Shown here: positions 18,028-27,132 of the stretch, piece after piece | Layout of the letters: every line of letters starts with the position of its first letter | How positions within the stretch are numbered: the first letter of the stretch is position 1 | NCBI GenBank assembly: GCA_943325255.2 | Contig: CALPOS020000001.1 | Location: 1-32,842 of the forward strand | Source of the DNA: Sphingobacterium thalpophilum | Lineage (GTDB): Bacteria > Bacteroidota > Bacteroidia > Flavobacteriales > Flavobacteriaceae | Reading direction: 5' to 3' | DNA: 32,842 nucleotides | Program-made: the position numbers and the translations under genes | The notes under the pieces: generated by a model | The model's database searches: none | Told to the model about the DNA's origin: nothing | Seen by the model: only the letters and a program-made list of their open reading frames with translations

Positions 18028-19091
18028 TGTCTGAAATGTTTCAAAAATGCCAAGATCAGTACAACCGTAAATTGCCTTTTGTGCTTTATAGAAAGCCTAA
18101 TGCGAGGAAGGTAATTGCCTTACTACAAAGCGATGAAATACTTCACAAGGTACGTAATTATGAAGAAAAAGGTTTTGTTTTTGCGCCATTTATCGGACAA
18201 AATCGCGTCATTTTTCCAGTAGATAAATGCGAAGTATCGATTAGTTCTTTCGATCCAATTGGTCAGAAGTTACCCGCAATTTCAAAAGTTGAATGTAAAA
18301 ATCCGGAGGCAGAGCAGAAACATATTGATCTGGTAAATAAGGCTATTACGAGTATTAAGAACGGAGAATTTAGCAAAGTGGTCCTGTCGCGACAAGAAAC
18401 ACTTGCAATTCCTGATTTTGATTTAATTGAAACTTTCCAAAAACTAGCATCTACTTATGCAAGTGCTTTTGCCTATTGCTTTTATCATCCCAAAGTAGGG
18501 TTGTGGCTAGGCGCTTTTTCTGAGCAATTGGTGTTTGTAAAAGGGAAGAATTTTCAGACAATGGCTGTCGCAGGTACGCAACTATACAATGAAAATGCCA
18601 CTTCTTTTTGGGAAGATAAAGAAATGAATGAGCAACAATTGGTTACTGATTTTTTAGTTTCAAATTTAAATGACATATCCATTGAAATAAATGTTTCAAA
18701 TCCTTACATGATGCGCGCTGGGAATTTAATACATTTAAAGACTGATATAGAAGGAGAGTTCAGAGAAGAAATACAATTGAAGGAGCTGCTTTCAATTTTG
18801 CACCCAACACCGGCGGTTTGTGGATTTCCGAAAGTTGCTGCAATGGATTTCATTATTAACAATGAAGGATACGATCGTAGTTTTTATGCGGGATTTTTGG
18901 GAGAGCTTAATTTTGATTTTGAAACTAAAGAAAATACCACCGATTTATACGTTAATTTGCGATGCATGCAAGTAAAAGAAAATCTTGCTCACATTTATGT
19001 TGGCGGCGGAATCACAATCGACAGTAATGCAGAAATCGAATGGTTAGAGACCGTAAATAAATCACAAACAATAAAGAAGATTTTATATTAA
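18027..19091 (+). CDS. menF: Isochorismate synthase (chorismate-binding enzyme)
   Basis: KVVLSR, AVAGT, LHPTPAVCGFP, YDRSFYAGFLG, VNLRCM and YVGGGIT motifs. Confidence 0.85.
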   Translation: MSEMFQKCQDQYNRKLPFVLYRKPNARKVIALLQSDEILHKVRNYEEKGFVFAPFIGQNRVIFPVDKCEVSISSFDPIGQKLPAISKVECKNPEAEQKHIDLVNKAITSIKNGEFSKVVLSRQETLAIPDFDLIETFQKLASTYASAFAYCFYHPKVGLWLGAFSEQLVFVKGKNFQTMAVAGTQLYNENATSFWEDKEMNEQQLVTDFLVSNLNDISIEINVSNPYMMRAGNLIHLKTDIEGEFREEIQLKELLSILHPTPAVCGFPKVAAMDFIINNEGYDRSFYAGFLGELNFDFETKENTTDLYVNLRCMQVKENLAHIYVGGGITIDSNAEIEWLETVNKSQTIKKILY

Positions 19092-19104
19092 ACAATTTTC
19101 AATT

Positions 19105-19821
19105 ATGAAACTAGATATATTAGCTTTTGGCGCACATCCAGACGACGTTGAATTGGGTTGTGGAGGAACAATAGCGAAAGAAGTGGCTTCGGGCAAGAAA
19201 GTCGGTATTGTTGATCTAACAAGAGGTGAATTAGGAACCCGTGGCACCGCGGCAACCAGAGATATGGAGTCTGCGAAAGCGGCGGAAATTCTGGGTGTCA
19301 AAGTGCGAGAGAACTTGAATATGAGAGATGGCTTTTTTGTCAATGACGAGGAACACCAATTGGCTGTCATTAGAATGATACGCAAATACCAGCCAGAAAT
19401 TGTCTTGTGTAACGCCGTTGACGATCGTCACATCGACCACGGAAAAGGAAGCAAGTTGGTTTCGGACGCTTGTTTCTTATCTGGTTTGGTAAAGATTGAA
19501 ACGGATTATGAGGGAAAGAAACAAGAAGCTTGGAGACCAAAATCAGTATATCATTATCTTCAATGGAAGAACTTGCAACCGGATTTTGTAGTCGATATTT
19601 CTGGTTTTAATGAAAAGAGAATAGAAGCTATTTTGGCATACAGTTCCCAGTTTTATGATCCGAATAGTAAAGAGCCTGAAACACCCATCGCGACCAAAAA
19701 TTTCTTAGAAAGTTTGAACTATCGTCCTCAAGATTTCGGCAGACTAATTGGAAAAGACTATGCAGAAGGATTCAACGTAGAAAGGTATTTGGGCGTCAAT
19801 AGCTTAGGGGATTTGATTTAA
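19105..19821 (+). CDS. bshB1: Bacillithiol biosynthesis deacetylase (PIG-L family)
   Basis: AFGAHPDDVELGCGGT, DLTRGELGTRGT, DRHIDH, AYSSQF and YAEGF motifs. Confidence 0.9.
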   Translation: MKLDILAFGAHPDDVELGCGGTIAKEVASGKKVGIVDLTRGELGTRGTAATRDMESAKAAEILGVKVRENLNMRDGFFVNDEEHQLAVIRMIRKYQPEIVLCNAVDDRHIDHGKGSKLVSDACFLSGLVKIETDYEGKKQEAWRPKSVYHYLQWKNLQPDFVVDISGFNEKRIEAILAYSSQFYDPNSKEPETPIATKNFLESLNYRPQDFGRLIGKDYAEGFNVERYLGVNSLGDLI

Positions 19822-19837
19822 TTTTTTAAATTATTTC

Positions 19838-19868
19838 TTTGTATAATAAAACTTTTGCAATACATTTG
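19838..19868 (+). promoter_or_regulatory. tRNA promoter with consensus Bacteroidota -33/-7 boxes
   Basis: TTTG (19838-19841), 19-nt spacer, TACATTTG (19861-19868). Confidence 0.85.
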
Positions 19869-19882
19869 CACTCGTTAAAAAT

Positions 19883-19957
19883 GGTGGTTGTAGCTCAGCT
19901 GGTTAGAGTATTGGTTTGTGGTGCCGAGGGTCGCCGGTTCGAACCCGGTCAGCCACC
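19883..19957 (+). tRNA. tRNA-His (GTG)
   Basis: Encoded G-1, acceptor stem GTGGTTG/CAGCCAC, D arm GCTC...GAGT, anticodon arm TTGGT-TTGTGGT-GCCGA, T arm GCCGG-TTCGAAC-CCGGT, discriminator C. Confidence 0.96.
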
Positions 19958-19964
19958 CAAAAGC

Positions 19965-19995
19965 AAAAGCTTCTAGGAAACTAGAAGCTTTTTTT
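19965..19995. terminator. Bidirectional intrinsic terminator
   Basis: AAAAGCTTCTAG-GAAA-CTAGAAGCTTTT followed by further Ts, between the convergent tRNA-His and M28 peptidase genes. Confidence 0.92.
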
Positions 19996-20008
19996 GTTTT
20001 ACTTTCTC

Positions 20009-21043
20009 TTATTTTCCGTCTTTATCTACCACCAATCTTTTCTCTCGATTGGCAATTTCCCATGCGAGGGCAAAAGCGTACTTCGTTCTTTTAGTCAAGG
20101 CATCGAATTCGATTTTTTCAACATCATCACCAGGTTTGTGATAATCCGCGTGTACTCCAGTAAAGAGAAAAACCGACGGGATTCCATTTTTGGCGAAGTT
20201 GTAATGATCGGAACGGTAATAAAAGCGATTCGGATCAGCGCGGTCATTATATTTATAATCTAATGCAAGATTTCCATATTTTTTATTGGTTTCTTCACAC
20301 ACATTGAACAAATCAGTCGATAGATAATCGGAACCAATCAGATAAATATAATCACTGCTATTAGGATGAAATTCGTCATGTCGGCCAATCATGTCAATAT
20401 TGACGTCGGCAACGGTATTAGCCAATGGAAATAATGGGTTTTCAGAATAAAACCGTGATCCATGCAAACCATGTTCTTCACCCGTGACATGCAGAATCAG
20501 AATCGACCTTTTCGGACCATTTCCTTCGTTTTTCGCTTTTTGAAACGCTTTGCCAATTTCTAGAAGGGCAACAGTTCCGGAGCCATCGTCGTCTGCACCG
20601 TTATAAACTTCTCCATTTTTGACACCAACATGATCGTAATGTGCCGACACAACTACAACTTCATTTGGCTTTTCTGTCCCTTCGATGTATGTCCATATAT
20701 TTTCTGAATCCGGAAGGTTCTCTTTGTACTTGGCGTTAAGAAATGCAGCTGGAATCGGTTGGTAAAAACTAGTAGCCACTTTAGGAAAAGTAAGCCCATT
20801 GGCTTGGTGTTGTTCTATGAGATATCGTCCCACTTTTTTTTGTCCTTCAGAACCCGTTTCTCTGCCCTCCATTTTATCAGAGGCAATGATGGTGAGATGT
20901 TTTCTTAGATTTTCAGAAGTAATGGTGTTCATGTAATCTGAGGTTGACTTTGTGGCGCTTCCCGTTTTTGTGGCGCTTTCTTTTTTTGTTGCGCAACTTA
21001 CAGCGATTATAAAAAAGACAAGAGGTAATAGAAGTTTTTTCAT
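20009..21043 (-). CDS. M28 family metallopeptidase lipoprotein
   Basis: Lipobox AVS|C. SAHYDH, NGADDDGSG, GEEHGLHGS, NIDMIG, RSDHYNF and DYHKPGD motifs. Confidence 0.92.
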   Translation of the reverse strand: MKKLLLPLVFFIIAVSCATKKESATKTGSATKSTSDYMNTITSENLRKHLTIIASDKMEGRETGSEGQKKVGRYLIEQHQANGLTFPKVATSFYQPIPAAFLNAKYKENLPDSENIWTYIEGTEKPNEVVVVSAHYDHVGVKNGEVYNGADDDGSGTVALLEIGKAFQKAKNEGNGPKRSILILHVTGEEHGLHGSRFYSENPLFPLANTVADVNIDMIGRHDEFHPNSSDYIYLIGSDYLSTDLFNVCEETNKKYGNLALDYKYNDRADPNRFYYRSDHYNFAKNGIPSVFLFTGVHADYHKPGDDVEKIEFDALTKRTKYAFALAWEIANREKRLVVDKDGK

Positions 21044-21046
21044 TGT

Positions 21047-22123
21047 TTAACGAATATTAATAAAAGTATAGAGTGCAAATAAAGTTATAATGATGATAAT
21101 GAAGATCATATTAATCAAAAATAACGCGATGCTTTTGATTAATGACATCCATTTGGTTTCGCCGTAAAATCGATGATGCGCTGGGAAAAAGTAGTAAAAC
21201 ATCCATATTATTGAAACAAAATCAACGATTTCTTTTAAAGTATCTGTGATCAGTGAACTACCAAACAATGACAAGAATTTACTGAACAAGAAAACAACTA
21301 AAGTTACAAGCAATAAAAACGAAAAATAATGCAAAGTGAATATGCCGTGATCGAAGTAATACCAACGCTTCTTGCTATGGAATAGCCAAAGGAAAAAGGC
21401 AAAAAGCGGCATATAAACGAACAATGTTTTAGAGAAGTTGTGAACAAAAGATTCTTTAAATTTTTCAACTAGTTCTTCAGTAGTATTATTCTTTTTGACT
21501 TCAAGGGATTTCTTTACAAACCAATAGGCAACTGCATCCAATCGGTCTTCTTCGAGACCAAATTTTTGCAGGGAGTCGAGTTCTTGCTGAGATTTAATTC
21601 CGAAATCAAATGCATCATCAAAATTTTTAATTTTTGCGTGTTTTTCGCTTGAAATGGGCGATGGAATAGAATCTTCAAACTGCTTTTGTAATGTCTTAGT
21701 TTCAAGTAACTCATCCTTACGGACTTGCTCTGTCTTGGTAGTTTTTGCGTTTGAACTTAATTTTGTTGTGGCTGTTGTCTTATTGATATTGACTAATTTG
21801 TCATCCGTATTCGGAAGTGAAGTCATCAAGAAAAAGGTAATGAAGCTGATAAAAATGTAAAGTCTTACCGGTGCCAAATACGACAATCGTTTGCCTGACA
21901 GGTATTCTTTAGTTAAAGACGCTGGCTTGAATAGTAAATTCTTGATGGTTCTCCAAAATGCATTCTCGTAGTGGGTTAGATCTTCAAAAAAATGGATGAA
22001 TAATTGATGAAATGACTTGCGACTCTCGATATTTTCTTGGCCACAGTTTGGACAGAAGCGATCTTGAACAACGTGCCGACAATTTAAACAAGTTTTGTCT
22101 TTACGGATAACATTATGACTCAT
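21047..22123 (-). CDS. DUF3667 domain membrane protein
   Basis: N-terminal CLNC...FCPNCGQ zinc ribbon, EYLSGKRLSYLAPVRLY, and several C-terminal TM helices. Confidence 0.85.
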   Translation of the reverse strand: MSHNVIRKDKTCLNCRHVVQDRFCPNCGQENIESRKSFHQLFIHFFEDLTHYENAFWRTIKNLLFKPASLTKEYLSGKRLSYLAPVRLYIFISFITFFLMTSLPNTDDKLVNINKTTATTKLSSNAKTTKTEQVRKDELLETKTLQKQFEDSIPSPISSEKHAKIKNFDDAFDFGIKSQQELDSLQKFGLEEDRLDAVAYWFVKKSLEVKKNNTTEELVEKFKESFVHNFSKTLFVYMPLFAFFLWLFHSKKRWYYFDHGIFTLHYFSFLLLVTLVVFLFSKFLSLFGSSLITDTLKEIVDFVSIIWMFYYFFPAHHRFYGETKWMSLIKSIALFLINMIFIIIIITLFALYTFINIR

Positions 22124-22203
22124 AAGCTTTTATTGATTGGCTAAAAGTAAGTAAATTTATTTAGAATTTATTTTTAACTTGCTTCCCCAAAACTAAATGA
22201 GTC

Positions 22204-22659
22204 ATGCAATCAACAGCACAAGTACCTAGTGAATACATTGAAAGTTTGCCTGAAGATCGTAAAGAAGCGATATTGAAAATTAGAGAAGCGATTTTCAAAA
22301 ATCTCCCCAAAGGATTTGAAGAAGTGATGAATTACGGGATGCTGGGTTATGTTGTTCCGCATTCGATTTATCCGAAGGGTTATCATTGCGACCCAAAACT
22401 CCCGCTGCCATTTATGGGTTTGGCATCACAGAAAAATAATATTTCGTTTTATCACATGGGAATTTATGCGGATAAGAAGCTGCTCGATTGGTTTGTTTCT
22501 GAATATCCGGAATACGTAAAATCGAAGTTGGATATGGGAAAGAGTTGTATTCGCTTTAAGAAGATGAATGAAATTCCGTTTGAGCTCATCGGAGAATTGG
22601 CGGGTAAATTATCGACTGAAAAGTGGATTGAATTATATGAATCTAGCTTCACAAAATAG
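22204..22659 (+). CDS. DUF1801 (YdhG-like) protein
   Basis: EYIESLPEDRK, YGMLGYVVPHSIYPKGYHC and LDMGKSCIRFKK motifs. Confidence 0.85.
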   Translation: MQSTAQVPSEYIESLPEDRKEAILKIREAIFKNLPKGFEEVMNYGMLGYVVPHSIYPKGYHCDPKLPLPFMGLASQKNNISFYHMGIYADKKLLDWFVSEYPEYVKSKLDMGKSCIRFKKMNEIPFELIGELAGKLSTEKWIELYESSFTK

Positions 22660-22661
22660 AT

Positions 22662-23237
22662 TTATACAATCGCGTCGGGAGGATAAAACTGAATCGTGTT
22701 CGCTATTTTTGCCAATCGCATTTGAGCTATTTTTTCTTCATTAAGCGACTTTTCAAATAATTCAAACAATTTAGTTTCTTTTAGATTTTCTGCATAGACA
22801 GTCAATATACTGTACGATGCAATTTCATAGTGCTCTATTTTGTGCAAAGAAAGAATGATTCCAGCGTCTCGAATCATGCCAAACTTCGTCATTTCTATCA
22901 TGCTATCGAGTTCAGAGACCATGGCGTCGATGGCATCACAATGGGCAAGAACTGCGTTTTCTTGTAGCAAATCAAATGATTCTTCGATGCGCAGCACTTG
23001 TTTTTGAGTATCTTCTTGATGAAGGTGGATGGCTTCAATCAGTTCAAAATTACATGAGTTTTTGATGATTTTAGGGAAAGACTTAGCCACTACTTTTTCA
23101 ACATAATACATCGATTTGAGTTCTTGAAGAAATAGGTCGCGAAGACCAGCTTCGCCCTGAAACTTGGGTTTAATCGATTTTAATTCATTTTCCTTTTTCT
23201 GAGGAAAATTTTCGTCAGATTTTCTAGCATTTTCCAT
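22662..23237 (-). CDS. DUF892 / YciE-YciF ferritin-like protein (divergent)
   Basis: LRDLFLQELKSMYYVEK, RDAGII...KIEHYEIASY and LNEEK motifs. Start set at ATG 23237 (MENARK); the longer TTG extension does not look protein-like. Confidence 0.8.
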   Translation of the reverse strand: MENARKSDENFPQKKENELKSIKPKFQGEAGLRDLFLQELKSMYYVEKVVAKSFPKIIKNSCNFELIEAIHLHQEDTQKQVLRIEESFDLLQENAVLAHCDAIDAMVSELDSMIEMTKFGMIRDAGIILSLHKIEHYEIASYSILTVYAENLKETKLFELFEKSLNEEKIAQMRLAKIANTIQFYPPDAIV

Positions 23238-23540
23238 AACAATTCGATTTAGGTTTCTTTTTAAACAATATTCTGTTTCACGAGTAAATTTGGGGACAAA
23301 TTTGCAAACGTTTAGCCAAATTACTCCTTTACACTTACTCAAAAAAAAATATCCGACGAACAGCGTCAAACTTTAACAGATTGTAATGTTTTGGTGATAA
23401 CTTTCATTGAAAAGTGATACTTTATGTACTTTAACGTTGAAGCACTACAGCTCATCTATTTTATTAGCTATATGATAAAGTTTTTCGTAACTTTAAAGTA
23501 CCCAAGTCGAAAGTGATTTATTAATTTAAGTAAACATATT

Positions 23541-23927
23541 ATGAATGCTCGGGTTAGATTACTTCAGTTCATTTTGTTTTTTCTCGTTCAGTCCTCTTTT
23601 GCACAAATTGAATTAGAAACGGTTTATGTTTCTCGGAATAAGACCACTAAAGCTATTCCTGCTGTACGGTATTATTATTATCCGAACTTACAAGCTTATT
23701 ACGATACTTGTAACGCAAGCTATATTTATCAGAAGGATGGCGAGTGGATTACTGCAGAGCGCATCGCTCCAAATTATAGAGGATACAGTTTGTATAATAA
23801 TAATTATGTCATATTGGATGGATTTACCAATGATGAGCCGTATTTATTGATAAATGAACATAAGAAAAAATATCCCGCTAATTATTCAAGCAAGAGAAGA
23901 AAGGATGTTACCTTGGCTCAAAACTAA
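23541..23927 (+). CDS. Hypothetical secreted Tyr-rich protein
   Basis: 128 aa with a signal peptide ending SFA|Q and the segment RYYYYPNLQAYYD. Confidence 0.7.
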   Translation: MNARVRLLQFILFFLVQSSFAQIELETVYVSRNKTTKAIPAVRYYYYPNLQAYYDTCNASYIYQKDGEWITAERIAPNYRGYSLYNNNYVILDGFTNDEPYLLINEHKKKYPANYSSKRRKDVTLAQN

Positions 23928-25081
23928 GTAGTGTTTTGTTGATTCTTCGGCGTATTCCAAAGCGAACAATATTTTGACGCGATTGCAATATGATGGTGTT
24001 CTTTCTCAACGAATTTTCGCGCTCTCTTACCAATTTCAATAATTTCATTGTGATTTTCAATTAGTCGGCTGAGTTGGTCAACCAAATAACTTATATCTGG
24101 GCGGGCATTAATATTAACAAGCTCAGTGAGTCCGTAGTAGTCGTAAAATTCTTTTTCGGCGCAGGTAAATACTACTTTTCCTTTAGCCATGGCTTCAAGC
24201 GCGTGAAACCCTTGATCGTAGCCATAAACCATATCCAATAAGATGTGCGCCTTATTATACATTTCAATGTATTGATTATAGGGAACGCTTCTGGTCGTAA
24301 TAATTTCAACTTGATTGGGGTATTTTTTTTCAATAATGGCTAATGCTTTTTCAAAATAGTCATTTCCTTTTTTAAAATAACTTTCAGTATTAATACCATG
24401 AAAAATTACAATTTTGTCTTCAATTACAAGTGGAGCAAAAGCTATTTTATCACTATTGATTGGATTTGGAATCATCCCTAAATATTTATCTTCACTTTGC
24501 ATCGGGATATGATAATCGATGTCGGAAGCTATGACTCCTTGAATATTTTGATAAATATAGTCATGTGTCTTTTTAAACGATTTCTGACGAAATTTCAATA
24601 CACCATCGAAATTTTCAGGACTAATCTTTCCTTCCAAATAAGGCGGAAGTAGTGACATAAAAGACGGATTCTCGAAATAGTATTTTACCGTCGTGTAATC
24701 CGTTCCACAGCACATAAGAAATACTTTTTTATTGTTTTCGAAGAGAAATTGCAGCATTTTCCTTTCATAAAAATATCCGCAGTAGAACGTATTTTCGTTG
24801 ATTAGTTGAACGACATCAAAGTTGGTAAGTTGATTTTCATATTTCCTAAATTGACGGTATGTAAACCATGATGCGATATTAAAGCCAGTCAGCCGATAAA
24901 GCAGCACTTTAATTTTTTTTAAAAAACCTGAATTCCATTTTTGTTCTAATGGAAAATCGACTGGAAAGCCCTTGAAACCGTCCGAAAATCCAATGATTAC
25001 GACGTTGTGCCCCAATTGCTCCAATCCTTCTTTTAAGGAATTGTGAAGTCGACTATATTCTCCGACGAGTAGGATGTTCAT
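23924..25081 (-). CDS. Glycosyltransferase, GT-B fold (GT4-like)
   Basis: MNILLVGEYS...LGHNV start, IPNPIN, KKGNDYF, and C-terminal GFHALEAMAKGKVV. Confidence 0.82.
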   Translation of the reverse strand: MNILLVGEYSRLHNSLKEGLEQLGHNVVIIGFSDGFKGFPVDFPLEQKWNSGFLKKIKVLLYRLTGFNIASWFTYRQFRKYENQLTNFDVVQLINENTFYCGYFYERKMLQFLFENNKKVFLMCCGTDYTTVKYYFENPSFMSLLPPYLEGKISPENFDGVLKFRQKSFKKTHDYIYQNIQGVIASDIDYHIPMQSEDKYLGMIPNPINSDKIAFAPLVIEDKIVIFHGINTESYFKKGNDYFEKALAIIEKKYPNQVEIITTRSVPYNQYIEMYNKAHILLDMVYGYDQGFHALEAMAKGKVVFTCAEKEFYDYYGLTELVNINARPDISYLVDQLSRLIENHNEIIEIGKRARKFVEKEHHHIAIASKYCSLWNTPKNQQNTT

Positions 25082-25088
25082 ATATTGT

Positions 25089-25105
25089 TATCTTTGACAA
25101 ATATA
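25089..25105. promoter_or_regulatory. Symmetric bidirectional promoter
   Basis: TATCTTTG (+, 25089-25096), one A, then CAAATATA (TATATTTG on -, 25098-25105), in the 42-bp gap between divergent genes. Confidence 0.72.
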
Positions 25106-25123
25106 TTCACTATTCGACAATTA

Positions 25124-26212
25124 ATGAGTAACGGTAAAACTAAAATTGCTATTGTTTCCTATTCGCTGGGAACCGGTGGAGCTGAGCGTTTTGCTGGATC
25201 ATTGAGCACCATGCTCGAAAGCATTGATTATGAAGTGCATCATATTATTGTAAATAATGTGGTTGATTATTCATTTTCGGGCAAATTATACAACCTCGGA
25301 GCACTTTGTGAACATAGTTTTTTGGGGCTTCAAAAAATTAAGAAGGGATTGCTGTTAAAAAAGTATCTAGAGCGCGAGGGAATTAGTATCGTCATCGACA
25401 ATAGAACGCGTAACAGCTTTTTGAGAGATTGGTGTACAAATTTGATTTACGGAAAAAGGAAAGTGTATTTTATAATTCATAGCTTTTATTTGCAAAACTA
25501 TCTTCCTAAATCTGTATTTCTTGCTAGTAAATTATACCGAAAAGCAGCTCGAATTATTTGTGTTTCTAAAAGTATCGAGGAGCAAGTCAATCAAAAATAT
25601 GGACTAAAAAACACGATTACGATTTATAATCCGATTAGATCTATTGCCGTTGAAGCACCAGTAAAGATAGATGTTCCAGAGAATTACATTTTGTTTTATG
25701 GCAGGTTAGAAGATGCCGTTAAGAACTTTGGTTTGTTATTGAATGCTTTTTTCCAATCAAAAGTTTACGAACAAGATTTTCATTTGGTAATAATGGGTGA
25801 TGGCAGTTCGGAAGCACGAATTCATGAGTTGATTACCGAACTAGAACTGGAAAATTACGTCACCATGATCCCATTTCAAAAAGATCCGTTTGCGTGGGTG
25901 AATCTTGCAAAGTTTACAATCTTAACCAGTAAGTACGAAGGATTTCCGATGTCAGTAATCGAATCTTTGTCTTTGGGGACACCTGTAGTTTCTGTAGATT
26001 GCAACTCTGGTCCGCGGGAAGTAATCGTAAACGAGCACAATGGCTTGTTGGTTGAAAACCATAACATCATTGCGTTGAGCAAAGCAATCAGACGCATGGT
26101 AGAGGACACCACGTTGTATCAATTCTGCAAGGAGAATACTATTGATAGCGTATCTCATTTAACCTATGAGAAAATTGCAGCGCAATGGAAAGAAATTCTT
26201 GAAATAAACTAA
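25124..26212 (+). CDS. GT4 family glycosyltransferase
   Basis: GGAER, ICVSK, IYNPI, YGRL...KNF and TSKYEGFPMSVIESLSLGTPVVS motifs. Start set at ATG 25124, downstream of the -7 box. Confidence 0.9.
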   Translation: MSNGKTKIAIVSYSLGTGGAERFAGSLSTMLESIDYEVHHIIVNNVVDYSFSGKLYNLGALCEHSFLGLQKIKKGLLLKKYLEREGISIVIDNRTRNSFLRDWCTNLIYGKRKVYFIIHSFYLQNYLPKSVFLASKLYRKAARIICVSKSIEEQVNQKYGLKNTITIYNPIRSIAVEAPVKIDVPENYILFYGRLEDAVKNFGLLLNAFFQSKVYEQDFHLVIMGDGSSEARIHELITELELENYVTMIPFQKDPFAWVNLAKFTILTSKYEGFPMSVIESLSLGTPVVSVDCNSGPREVIVNEHNGLLVENHNIIALSKAIRRMVEDTTLYQFCKENTIDSVSHLTYEKIAAQWKEILEIN

Positions 26213-27132
26213 AATCTGGAATTATGTAATCTTAAATTCACTAAAATTGGTTCCACTTTAAGTAATGTTCGCAGTACTATTGCCGGCAATTCGAGCAGAA
26301 TTCTCTTCCTCATCGGTAAATTATTTAAATCGATCTTATTGTAATAAAGACGGAAATATTTCTTGTCATTTATCAACTTTGATCTGATTGCTAAAGAGAA
26401 ATTATTGAAGTCGATGAACCTTTTGAGATTTGGATGTGTTTGTTCGAGTGCATTAAATTTATCGAAATTAAAATTTTTATCCGAATATTCTTTTTTCCTG
26501 GAAAGGCTATTGGGATCATAAACATAACGTGCTAAAATTTTCCAACTAAAGACAATCGGAAATTCCAAGCCCATTCTGATCCACATATCCGTGTCTTGTC
26601 CGCTCTTAATTTCTGTATCGAAATGGCCTACTTTTTCAAAAACACTTTTTTCAAAAACGGCACATGAAGTACATATTATTGTCGTTTTCATGCTAGCCAC
26701 AAAGTAATCGACTATTTCTCTTTCGCTTGATTTTTTTATAGAATACCGAGATGGAAATACCACTTTGTCACTTTCTACTTCAATGGCAGCGGAAAAAATT
26801 TTATGATGTGGAAATTCTTCAATACTAGACGCCATTTCTTGCAGAAAATCAGGATACCAATAGTCATCAGCATCCAAAAAAGTGATGTAGTTGGCTTTTG
26901 CTTTTTCAAGTCCAAAATTTCGGGCGCTAGATGCTCCGCCATTTTCTTTTGTGTAATAGGTGATGCGATTATCGGAGAAGTTTTCGATTTTGGCTACACT
27001 TTCATCTGTAGAACCATCATTGACGAGTATCAATTCAAAATCTGAAAAACTTTGTTTCAGAACACTTTTGATGGTGTTCTCAATAAATTTTTCTTTGTTG
27101 TAGACGGGAATAATAACAGAAAAAAAAGGCAT
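26209..27132 (-). CDS. GT2 family glycosyltransferase
   Basis: FSVIIPVYN, VNDGSTD, ARNFG, FLDADD and GQDTDMW motifs. Confidence 0.92.
   Translation of the reverse strand: MPFFSVIIPVYNKEKFIENTIKSVLKQSFSDFELILVNDGSTDESVAKIENFSDNRITYYTKENGGASSARNFGLEKAKANYITFLDADDYWYPDFLQEMASSIEEFPHHKIFSAAIEVESDKVVFPSRYSIKKSSEREIVDYFVASMKTTIICTSCAVFEKSVFEKVGHFDTEIKSGQDTDMWIRMGLEFPIVFSWKILARYVYDPNSLSRKKEYSDKNFNFDKFNALEQTHPNLKRFIDFNNFSLAIRSKLINDKKYFRLYYNKIDLNNLPMRKRILLELPAIVLRTLLKVEPILVNLRLHNSRF

Noticed and set aside
19883-20010. tRNA-His as an integration site for an island or prophage
   Set aside because: It is followed directly by a terminator and an ordinary peptidase gene. No integrase is present and I noticed no duplicated tRNA 3' end.
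20949-20978. 12-bp direct repeat TTTGTGGCGCTT at 18-bp spacing in the M28 peptidase gene
   Set aside because: An in-frame micro-duplication (SATK-TG-SATK) in the flexible lipoprotein tether, which is commonplace.
23238-23540. Possible sRNA or small ORF in the 303-bp intergenic region, including a plus-strand TAAATTTG at 23285-23292
   Set aside because: I found no stable hairpin, terminator or credible ORF, and this motif occurs readily by chance in AT-rich DNA.
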